From NCBI GenBank assembly GCA_040220235.1, contig JAVJTO010000040.1: a stretch of 55,189 bases of DNA; one strand, 5' to 3'. This DNA comes from Coleofasciculus sp. B1-GNL1-01 (GTDB taxonomy: Bacteria; Cyanobacteriota; Cyanobacteriia; Cyanobacteriales; Coleofasciculaceae). The notes beneath the pieces are model-generated. The model was not told where the DNA came from. It worked only from the letters and a program-made list of their open reading frames with translations, and made no database searches. This document shows positions 9,349 to 17,931 of the stretch, piece by piece (positions within the stretch are counted from its first letter, which is position 1; every line of letters starts with the position of its first letter). A program made the position numbers and the translations under genes.

Positions 9349-9880
9349 GTGCCGTGACCCAGCTAAAATGGTGCATTAGATTCACTTGGCGATGAGGACA
9401 ATAGCATGGGAAGAGGAAAACGAGACAAAATCTTTCTGAGCGCCGAGGAAAGAAAAAGGCTAGAAGCAATAAGCCACAATGGTTACGCATCAACCAAGAA
9501 GATACTTCACGCTCAAATTCTGCTGATGTCAGATGAAGGAGAAGGAGCAAAGAGAAAACGGACGGATGAAGAAATTGCTGATGCACGGGTCAAGCTCAAA
9601 CACTTATATCCTGTTTTTCAACTGGATGAAGACCTCAATACCTGACGGGGTGTTTCCAAATTCTTCTTGGCGGGTGGTTGTGGACTCATCCAGATATATT
9701 TTTGCGATCGCGTCCTTGACGGGGTGTTTCCCAATTCTTCTTGGTGGGTGGTTGTGGATTCATCCAGATATTTGATTTAGCTTTGTTTGGTTGCAATTGA
9801 TTATCTTACATCAAAACATCAACAATTATTAGATCCGTTTTACCCAATACTAATGCACCATTTTAGCTGGGTCACGGCAC
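9349..9880 (+). mobile_element. Internally deleted IS630-family element (non-autonomous)
   Basis: Perfect 31-bp TIRs GTGCCGTGACCCAGCTAAAATGGTGCATTAG (9349-9379 / 9850-9880) with TA on both sides. The 79-aa ORF at 9406-9645 joins an IS630-like N-terminal region to a C-terminal ARVKLKHLYP. Confidence 0.88.
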
Positions 9881-9997
9881 TACTGGCTAAAAGGGTAGCA
9901 TAGATTTATCGGTAAATCGGGCGCACGTCGGTGCGCCCCTACAATGTTACTCCATCTTGTTTAATTGACTATTTGTTAGTTTTATGCATTCTTGAGT

Positions 9998-10903
9998 TTA
10001 GCTAAATTCAGATAGAAAGGTATACTCTTCTAAATTGACTGATTTAAGCAATTTGTTCCAGGCATCAGTTACATCTTGATCATCGGGACGTTCACGCCGT
10101 AGTTCCATTAAAGTATCTACAGTCTCGTACCAAATTCGTTCTTTAGTGTAGAAAGCCAAACGTTCTTCTGGAGTTGCCTGGGTGAGAAAACGTTTATCCA
10201 GGGGATTAAATGGGACTCGTTTAATTGCTCCCTCGATATAAATGTCGCCTGAGCGATCAAGCGGATCGCATATTATGTTTAACCACCAGTTATATTTTTG
10301 ACCAATCTCTAAAGGAGGAACTAGTGGAGGAAGGGTAGCCAAACCGGGAAGCGTTAAGCTGATGATACCAGGAGTGCCTACTGCTATTTTGACTTCATCA
10401 CCCTTGGAATCTTCTTCTGTGTAATAATTCATAAATTTATACTTAGCGGAATAAATGTGTTCCTTATTAGTATTCATCAACACAAATTCTATTCCCCAAG
10501 CGTATGTCTTTGGTATATACCAAAATAAAGTTGGATACTCGGCAACTGTTTTACCGATTCCAGATAGCGGAACTAAGGTTGTCGCAGGAGTTCCGCGAGG
10601 GAAAACGCAACCACCACACCCTCCTACGCCTTGTCGAAAATCGTGACGAACATCATTGTTTGAATCAGTCGCAGGTATAACTTCCCATTGCTCAGGAATC
10701 AGGCTACTAAGTGGGGAAGGTTCAGACTGTGCTTGCACCTTGACTGGTAATTTTATGGCTAACCCCAAGGTTAAAGCTAAAGTCAGTAAAACGAATATGA
10801 CTATGCGGAAACGGGGTAAGCAGAGGAAGCGAGTTATAATCGACATCTTTCTATTATTTTTGTTGTATTTTATACCTATCCATGCAAATTTTCTGACACT
10901 CAA
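9998..10903 (-). CDS. DUF928 domain protein
   Basis: GKTVAEYPTLFWYIP, LEIGQKYNW..IICD, IWYETV and W..LL.SV match DUF928; N-terminal TM/signal. Start uncertain. Confidence 0.85.
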   Translation of the reverse strand: MSVRKFAWIGIKYNKNNRKMSIITRFLCLPRFRIVIFVLLTLALTLGLAIKLPVKVQAQSEPSPLSSLIPEQWEVIPATDSNNDVRHDFRQGVGGCGGCVFPRGTPATTLVPLSGIGKTVAEYPTLFWYIPKTYAWGIEFVLMNTNKEHIYSAKYKFMNYYTEEDSKGDEVKIAVGTPGIISLTLPGLATLPPLVPPLEIGQKYNWWLNIICDPLDRSGDIYIEGAIKRVPFNPLDKRFLTQATPEERLAFYTKERIWYETVDTLMELRRERPDDQDVTDAWNKLLKSVNLEEYTFLSEFS

Positions 10904-10954
10904 TCAATCGTGAATTGTCTGTTAAAACTATACTTTAAATTGAGGTGGACACAA

Positions 10955-13900
10955 TTAAACAGTCACCCCTTCTAATTCCTCATCCGTCAACTCATACAAC
11001 GCCTGCAACTTCTGTAACTTCTCCTCACTCGGTTGCCAAAATCCTCGTCCACTTGCCTCTAACATCCGGGCGACAATATTCCGAAATGCCTCAGGATTTG
11101 CCTGTCTTAACTTCTCTGCCATTTCTGCATCTAAGGCATAAGTATCTGCCGCTTGATCATACACCCAATCATCGGTAAAATCGGCAGTTCCTCCCCACCC
11201 AATTAATGCCGTCATTCGTTGCGAGATTTCATAAGCACCCCCTGAACCCTGACTTGCCATAGCTTCTGCCCATTTGGGATTTAGTAACTTGGTGCGATAT
11301 TCTAACCGTAGTAAGTCATCTAATTGGCGTGGGGTTGTATCTTTAGAAAAGCTTTCTACGAAACTAGCATTCACTTTCTTTCCCCGTTGTTTCTCAGCCG
11401 CTTTTTTCAATCCCCCGGTATTAGCATAGTATTCTTGAATATCAGTTAAACCGTATTCAACAGAGTCAATTTCCTGAACCACCTGGCTGGTTGTTTTTAA
11501 TAGCTGACTTAAAACCTCTGGACGCGCTTGTCCTTTATCTTGACGCCCATAACTAAATGCATTACGACTTTCCCAGGTTTTGCCTAATTCTTCTCCTGAT
11601 TCCCAGTTTCCATCCGTCACTTGGTCATTCACGAGAGAACCAAAATCGCCAGCCGGGTTAGAAAATAATCGGGCAGAATTATTCTGGATTCCTTGGGCTT
11701 GTAAGGCTAAAGCGTGTTTGCGAATAAAATTCTGGTCATCTGGTTCCTCCGCCTCCGCCGCCCGTTTAAATAAATCATCGAGTAATTCAATGATATTCAC
11801 AAAACTATCCCGGAAAATACCCGATAGATTTGCCAAGACATCAATCCGGGGATGTCCTACCTCGGCTAAAGGTTGTAACTCATAGCGGACAATTCGCCCC
11901 GTTCCTTCTTTGAGGGGTTCTGCACCTACTAATTCCAGTAAAATTCCCAAGGATTCACCTTTGGTTTTAATCGCATCTAATCCCCATAACATAACCGCCA
12001 CGGTTTCTGGATAGTCTCCCTGGTCTTGGAGGTGTTGGGCGATAATTTTTTGGGCAATTTCTCGTCCTCGTTGATAGGCTCCCGGTGAGGGCATCCGATA
12101 GGGGTCTAAGGCATGAATATTTCGTCCGGTAGGTAATACGCCTACACCATCTCGTAATAAGTCACCGCCCGGTGCTGGGGGAATGTATTCTCCATTTAAT
12201 CCCCGTAATAAGTTGGTCAGTTCATCGGTGTTTTGCTGTAATAAATGGGCAATCGTTTCTATTTTCGTGGCAAGGGAATCTGAGTTGTCAGTTTTATCGT
12301 TAACCAGAGGGGATTGAATCGTTTTAGGATTGGCGAGTTTATCGGTTACTTCCTTGATTAAATCCGCTGCCCCATTCTCGCCAAAATAAGCATTTAAGTA
12401 ACTCGCCAATGCTTCTGAGTTCGGCGGTTCGCCCAAGGTATGCAATCCCGATGAAAATAGGCGTTGTTCAACCACTTGTAAGTATTCATACAATTTGACT
12501 AGATAATGATTAAATGCATCAGCGCTGAATAAACGGACATTATCAGGTGTGAATGGAATCCCTAATTTCTTCGCTTCATCAAAGGGACAATCAGCATCTA
12601 AGCCACTATCCACAATTTTCTGACAAATGTCAGGTTTCAACGCATAGTTTTTATCGGGGTCTTCTCGGTACTCAGCAATTAAATCTCGCAGCGCGATTAA
12701 TTCTTTATACAATCCCGCCCGCCCATAAGGGGGTACATTATGGGAAATCAGGACGCCATAGCCACGTCGTTTGGCTAAAATGGATTCCGAGGGATTATTG
12801 GCAGCATAAATATAGAGATTGGGAATATCTCCGAGCAAAATATCTGACCAGGAATACCCCGTATTCCCTAAAGGAGAACCCGGTAACCATTCCACGGTGC
12901 CATGCATGCCAAAGTGAACTATAGCATTAGGATTAAACTCATGGTGTAGCCATTTGTAGAACGCGGCATATTGAGGATGAGGGGTCATATCCCGTTCAAA
13001 CATTAACCGCATCGGATCACCTGAAATACCTAACGGAGGTTGCACACCTATCCAAATATTTCCTAATTGAATTCCACCAATTTGGAACTCATCCCCGTAG
13101 GTTTTAATTCCGGTTCCGGTGAGGGATTTCCACTGCTTTTCGATGCGAGTTGTCAAGAGATAGCCGAGCCATTTTTCCAGGGTTTTAACGTTGACGGAGT
13201 TTGGCGTTAAATCATCATGGCTAATCGCTTCATCAGCTTCTTTGACGCGGCGAATCAGTTCTTCACCATCCTCCGGTAACTCGCCCACGGTATAGCCTTG
13301 CTGCTTGAGGGCGTGAAGGACTTTCAAGAGCGATCGCGGTACATTGAGTAAGGCTGCTGTTCCTGTCGCTCCATATCCGGGCGGGAAACCATAGAGAATG
13401 ATGGCAATTTTCCGTTCTGAGGCGGCTGTCTGTCTCAGTTCAATCCAACGCTTCAGACGCCCAGTTAACCGTTTCACTCGTTCGGGAATCAGATAAATAT
13501 CCTCTCCTACCAATCCCCCCAGAGGAACCGTGTCAATTGCCCCATCTAATTCTGGTAATGCGTATAATACCACCGATTGCAAGCCACCAATTCCTTGTCG
13601 CGTCCAAGAGTGAATATCCTGAATCAGTAACGGTGCGGCGACAATATAGGGAACATTTTTCGCTGTGAGGATGCGTTTTGCCACCTCAACTTGACGCCCC
13701 GCCTCCATAGAACCAGCGGGTCCTCCGACTAATGGAAAGCCAATTGTAGAGACAATCGCATCAACTTCAACAGCATCTTTTGATAAGGACGGTGTGTCAA
13801 TTTTACCCTGTTGTCGTCGGGCAGTTTCCTCCGCCGATGTCAGCCAATCGCGCACCGCCACATGTCCTTCCACACCATTAATAAAGATAGGAACAGGGAT

Positions 13901-14737
13901 TAATCCAGCATTCTCGAACTGGCGAATTAATTGAGGAATATACGGTTGTTTAGAGACAACGTGTTTGCGGTAGAGGAGAATACCGACAACGGGAAGAGAT
14001 CCCCCCCAGCCCCCCTTAATAAGGAGGGAATCAGAAGTGGATAAAGAGGAAAAGTTATTTTTATTTTGCCGATACCACTCCAGATAGTGCCGTGGTGAGG
14101 CAAAATACCCGTCATAATCAGGATGCAATAATCCCATATTTGGGGTTTCGACTGGCGGTGGAATGTCTCCCACTTGTAATCCTAAGTATTTTTCAGCGAG
14201 TACCCAAAACATTGAAGCAACGTTTTCGGAACCGCCAGCATTCCAGTAGCCATAGATAATCAGCCAGTTGCGTAAATCTTGAACTTTTTTCGCCGGAATA
14301 TATTTCAGCAGCTTGGGACCGGTCTTTAGAAAACTAATATAACCTGCGAGTTTATCTTCTTCTCGTCCATTGCTAAATTTATCCAGAATAAACTTAATCG
14401 GCTTGGGCATTCCTTTGGGCTTATCGCCAATTTTAAACGCCCCGATTTGAGTCAGACTCATTAATTCTAGGGCGGATTCAAAGACGAGGCGGATGGGGAT
14501 ATGTTGAGTTCTCTCCCGCAGCCAGAGAACTTGGTCATAATCAAACAGCAGACTGGCGAAGAAGACATCAGCCTCCTGGAGGGCGGCGGCGACGATATCC
14601 GGTTCTGTGGTCAAGGATTGGTCGCTAAATACGCGAATATCCAAGTCTGGACAGCGCTTTGTCGCCCAATCAGCCGCTTGGCGATACAAGTCGGCGTTGA
14701 ATGATTCAAACCCAGCGATTAAGACGATGCGTTTCAT
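10955..14737 (-). CDS. bchH: Magnesium chelatase subunit H paralog (CobN/BchH family)
   Basis: Motifs HFGMHGTVEWLPG, NNPSES, LPTGRNIH and TKLLNPKW; start at MKRIVLIAGFE. Physiological role not determined from sequence. Confidence 0.88.
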   Translation of the reverse strand: MKRIVLIAGFESFNADLYRQAADWATKRCPDLDIRVFSDQSLTTEPDIVAAALQEADVFFASLLFDYDQVLWLRERTQHIPIRLVFESALELMSLTQIGAFKIGDKPKGMPKPIKFILDKFSNGREEDKLAGYISFLKTGPKLLKYIPAKKVQDLRNWLIIYGYWNAGGSENVASMFWVLAEKYLGLQVGDIPPPVETPNMGLLHPDYDGYFASPRHYLEWYRQNKNNFSSLSTSDSLLIKGGWGGSLPVVGILLYRKHVVSKQPYIPQLIRQFENAGLIPVPIFINGVEGHVAVRDWLTSAEETARRQQGKIDTPSLSKDAVEVDAIVSTIGFPLVGGPAGSMEAGRQVEVAKRILTAKNVPYIVAAPLLIQDIHSWTRQGIGGLQSVVLYALPELDGAIDTVPLGGLVGEDIYLIPERVKRLTGRLKRWIELRQTAASERKIAIILYGFPPGYGATGTAALLNVPRSLLKVLHALKQQGYTVGELPEDGEELIRRVKEADEAISHDDLTPNSVNVKTLEKWLGYLLTTRIEKQWKSLTGTGIKTYGDEFQIGGIQLGNIWIGVQPPLGISGDPMRLMFERDMTPHPQYAAFYKWLHHEFNPNAIVHFGMHGTVEWLPGSPLGNTGYSWSDILLGDIPNLYIYAANNPSESILAKRRGYGVLISHNVPPYGRAGLYKELIALRDLIAEYREDPDKNYALKPDICQKIVDSGLDADCPFDEAKKLGIPFTPDNVRLFSADAFNHYLVKLYEYLQVVEQRLFSSGLHTLGEPPNSEALASYLNAYFGENGAADLIKEVTDKLANPKTIQSPLVNDKTDNSDSLATKIETIAHLLQQNTDELTNLLRGLNGEYIPPAPGGDLLRDGVGVLPTGRNIHALDPYRMPSPGAYQRGREIAQKIIAQHLQDQGDYPETVAVMLWGLDAIKTKGESLGILLELVGAEPLKEGTGRIVRYELQPLAEVGHPRIDVLANLSGIFRDSFVNIIELLDDLFKRAAEAEEPDDQNFIRKHALALQAQGIQNNSARLFSNPAGDFGSLVNDQVTDGNWESGEELGKTWESRNAFSYGRQDKGQARPEVLSQLLKTTSQVVQEIDSVEYGLTDIQEYYANTGGLKKAAEKQRGKKVNASFVESFSKDTTPRQLDDLLRLEYRTKLLNPKWAEAMASQGSGGAYEISQRMTALIGWGGTADFTDDWVYDQAADTYALDAEMAEKLRQANPEAFRNIVARMLEASGRGFWQPSEEKLQKLQALYELTDEELEGVTV

Positions 14738-14807
14738 AGACCCAAGCCCGAACGATTTCTTCATACATTGATCTTAATCGGTCTAGGAGATAAAATCCTT
14801 TCCTTAA

Positions 14808-14851
14808 AACCCCTCCCTAACCCTCCCCTTACCAAGGGGAGGGAACTCGAA
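14808..14851. repeat. Dispersed 44-bp hairpin repeat; inverted copy at 28603-28646
   Basis: CCCTCCCCTT-acc-AAGGGGAGGG stem; near-identical reverse complement downstream of ycf23. Confidence 0.85.
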
Positions 14852-14926
14852 CGGTTAACATCGCGGAACTAAACAAACAAAGCCCGCCGAGGCGGACTCA
14901 GGAAAAATTAGGGAATTATTCACCAT

Positions 14927-15568
14927 TTACAGAAGTTTGATATTCGAGAAATTAAACTCCTGAACGGACTCTTTACCATCAGTCTCGGTGCGAATAATCC
15001 GCTGGGTCAGGATAACATAGTCGCCAACCTTTTCGTAATTATCTTCAAACACACTTTTACCGCCCTTTTGTTCACCCGTTTTGGGGTCGTGGTAGACGGA
15101 ATCATAACGGTGAGAAAGATAACCTTCGCCTGTGTTGTGGGAACTGAAGGTGTTAATCGTGACGACAACGCCGTGAATATGACGATGGACGTGGGTTACT
15201 TCATTATCGCGGACTTTATAGCGATCGCCTTCTGCTTTACCACCCATTAAGAGTTCCACAGCACCCGTCTCATCGGTATCTCCGAAGGAGAAGGTGTTTT
15301 TCCCGTGGGTGTCTTCAAAGGAACGACGAACCCGGTGAATCGCGGTTTCCCAGAGTTGAGAGTGAATCGCTTGCTTGGCGTCTTCGTCTTCGACATCGAA
15401 GACTTCGGCTTTCATATCCGGGTTAACCCGAACCTTCCCTGTAACAACCTGATCATCCTGTTTGAATGTCACGTCTGCGGTGTAACCGGGGAAGTTGTGA
15501 TCCCAGGTGTAGCGGTTCTCATACGCCGCCCGAAAGAAATCACGCGCTGATGTTTGAACTCCAACCAT
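14927..15568 (-). CDS. DUF3386 family protein
   Basis: FFRAAYENRYTWD..FPGY and HRVRRSFEDTHG are typical of cyanobacterial DUF3386. Confidence 0.88.
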   Translation of the reverse strand: MVGVQTSARDFFRAAYENRYTWDHNFPGYTADVTFKQDDQVVTGKVRVNPDMKAEVFDVEDEDAKQAIHSQLWETAIHRVRRSFEDTHGKNTFSFGDTDETGAVELLMGGKAEGDRYKVRDNEVTHVHRHIHGVVVTINTFSSHNTGEGYLSHRYDSVYHDPKTGEQKGGKSVFEDNYEKVGDYVILTQRIIRTETDGKESVQEFNFSNIKLL

Positions 15569-15993
15569 CTGCTTCTCCTATCATTTTAGTTGCTGTAAAC
15601 TAGCATAGTCGGGACTATCCAGCCTGTATAGACCCCAAGTGGGTACAGTCTGCGTCAACTACGCCACTGGGAAGCAGGGGAAAATAGTGAGTGGTGCAAG
15701 ATGTGAGTTAAACGGCAAAGATTTTCACATCAACTTCGTTTATTGACTTACAACTTCTAATTTATAGGTGAGACCATTTTTAACGTTTTAACCACAGGAA
15801 TTATAGCTTCAGTTGCCCTCATAAATTGCTTTCTAATAAAAGGAGAAGTCATCGCGGACAGAATACCCCCGTAATCCAGGTTAAAATTCACTTCATCTCG
15901 GATTGTCATTTCAATTCGTTTCTTTCAATTTTTTTGCACTCATCAAGAGACTTTTTGATAATTGCCAAGCCTCTCGACAATTTATAATTTTAT

Positions 15994-16269
15994 CTACATA
16001 CTTGAAATCCTTTCCTGGTAAGCTTCCTGTTCGATCGTCTTGGCGAAACTTCTATTTAAGCTAGCCATTTCAACTACAGCTTCTCGGTGAAACTGAATCA
16101 CACAAGAGGCTGATTCCCGATAATGGACACGGGTACAGGTGGATACTTTTAGTGTGATCGTGTTGGGGGTTGAATCGAGTAACCGTTGCACTGTACAAGG
16201 TTGCATCTTATTCTTGCAGTAGGCAATGATGCGATCGCCTACTTTAATATCGAGTGCTTGAATGTTCAT
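15994..16269 (-). CDS. Small hypothetical protein (91 aa, SH3/KOW-like start MNIQALDIKVGDRII)
   Basis: AAGGAAGAG RBS before ATG 16269; beta-rich pattern. Confidence 0.6.
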   Translation of the reverse strand: MNIQALDIKVGDRIIAYCKNKMQPCTVQRLLDSTPNTITLKVSTCTRVHYRESASCVIQFHREAVVEMASLNRSFAKTIEQEAYQERISSM

Positions 16270-16634
16270 ACTCTTCCTTTGGGTCAATGAATTGGCTGTG
16301 TCAGTCGTATCCAGCACGAAAAACGGTTTATCGGTACGACTCAACCGAGAGACCATTAATTGTCTTGGAGGTGTCGTGATTGGCTACGGCTTTTATCGCT
16401 CAAAGCCCGTCAGATCATCAAGAGTAGATTTCTTGCTCCTAGCTACTCTACTGTTGTAGTACCTCTTCAGAGTAGCATATAAAAATGACAAATTATATCA
16501 AAATACAATTTTTATCGTCAAGATAATGTCGCTATACTGTAATTACTGTTCACCCCGATTAAAAAATGAACTCTCCTAAGCGTTCAGGTTAAACCATGCT
16601 GACTTATTTAACAATTCGTTCAAAATGATAGATT

Positions 16635-17369
16635 ATGACCGTGCCAAGTACGATGAACCGTTCTCTCCACAGTTTCTTCCAAGCGATCGCAGATGCTCGT
16701 GATGAGCAGGAACTTCGCCTGCAAATTATGGACGAATTAGGGGAGCATTTTCAGGCGCAGTATTGGGGGCTATGTCTGCTCAACGAAGATTCTCAGGCGG
16801 CTGAGGTGCAGATGCAAGGGGGAGCGGATACGGAGGGGTTTGTCGCTGATTACAATAAGCTGGCGCGAAAGGTTGATCCGGTGTTACGCTATGTCATCGA
16901 ACACCATGCTCCCGCCCATGAACAACTGGTATTCTCTCCAGAGGTTTGGAAACAATCTGAACTGTACCAGAATTGTTATGCTCGCTACGATCACGAGCAT
17001 GTGATGATGGGTCCAATTGTCAGTGGGGGGCGTTTGATGGGTGGGGTATATTTTGCCCGTGCTTCTGATGCACCTGCGTTTGATTATAAAGACTTGGCTG
17101 ACTTAACCGGATTATGTTTGCATTTATCATCCCGTCTGGCTACCTTGCGATCGCAAGCCAAAAAATCCCCCTCTCTCGTCGCCAATCGCCTTACCCCACG
17201 GGAACGGGAAATCGCTGATTTAGTTGCCAAAGGGTTGACAAATGCGGAAATTGGTGCTGAACTTTGGATTACCCAAAATTCCGTGAAGCAGGCGCTGAAA
17301 CGGATGTTCCGCAAGCTAAATGTCTCGGCGCGTGCTGAATTAGTAGCGCGATTGCAAGATACTGTGTAA
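16635..17369 (+). CDS. LuxR-family regulator with N-terminal GAF/autoinducer-like sensor domain
   Basis: C-terminal LTPREREIADLVAKGLTNAEIG..LWITQNSVK HTH; DPVLRYV sensor motif. Confidence 0.9.
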   Translation: MTVPSTMNRSLHSFFQAIADARDEQELRLQIMDELGEHFQAQYWGLCLLNEDSQAAEVQMQGGADTEGFVADYNKLARKVDPVLRYVIEHHAPAHEQLVFSPEVWKQSELYQNCYARYDHEHVMMGPIVSGGRLMGGVYFARASDAPAFDYKDLADLTGLCLHLSSRLATLRSQAKKSPSLVANRLTPREREIADLVAKGLTNAEIGAELWITQNSVKQALKRMFRKLNVSARAELVARLQDTV

Positions 17370-17422
17370 GAAAAGGGTTCAATCATGTCATACAACCCTA
17401 GATATTGCCAGAAGGAAATCAG

Positions 17423-17840
17423 TTGACAGGAAAATTCCAATGTAGGGGCGGGTTTAGGAACTCAATGAACGGGTAAATTAATACATTTCAGACAAAACCC
17501 GCCCTTCAACGGTATTGAACCTAACCGATAACCTCAATTCAAAATCCACCCCTTACGGTTAAGAAGAGGGCGGGTTTCGTTGTTTTATTTGGGGTGTGTC
17601 TACCGATTTACAGCGCTTTTCACGTTTATGGAATACAAAATTGTATCGGCTTGCTTTTCAGCGCAATGATCGTTTGTAGTCTACTAACTTGAAAACTGCT
17701 GTAATCCCTAAAGGAAGCCCCTACATATTGGGGTGCGATCGCGGTGGGGATTAGGGCGGGTTTCGTTGTCTTATTTGGGGTGTGTCCACTAATTTAATCC
17801 CTAAACCCGCCCCTACCTGATTGGGGTGCGATCGCGGTGG
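17423..17840. repeat. Composite REP/BIME-like repeat cluster (GTAGGGGCGGGTTT...AAACCCGCCC units)
   Basis: Multiple units; 17423-17585 is an inverted homolog of 46277-46440. Confidence 0.85.
17611..17701. mobile_element. 91-bp MITE-like insertion with TA target duplication
   Basis: Imperfect TIRs CAGCGCTTTTCA / TGAAAACTGCTG; the paralogous empty site is visible near 17790. Confidence 0.75.
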
Positions 17841-17931
17841 TTATCAATGGCGTTAAACAGATGGTTAATTTAACCGACAAACATCAATTTATTTATTTGC
17901 CCTCATGTTTAAAATCTTAGCAGAGTCTGGG

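Noticed and set aside
15757..15909. 50-aa minus-strand ORF MTIRDEVNFNLDYGG...
   Set aside because: No clear RBS or recognisable motif, so it cannot be supported.
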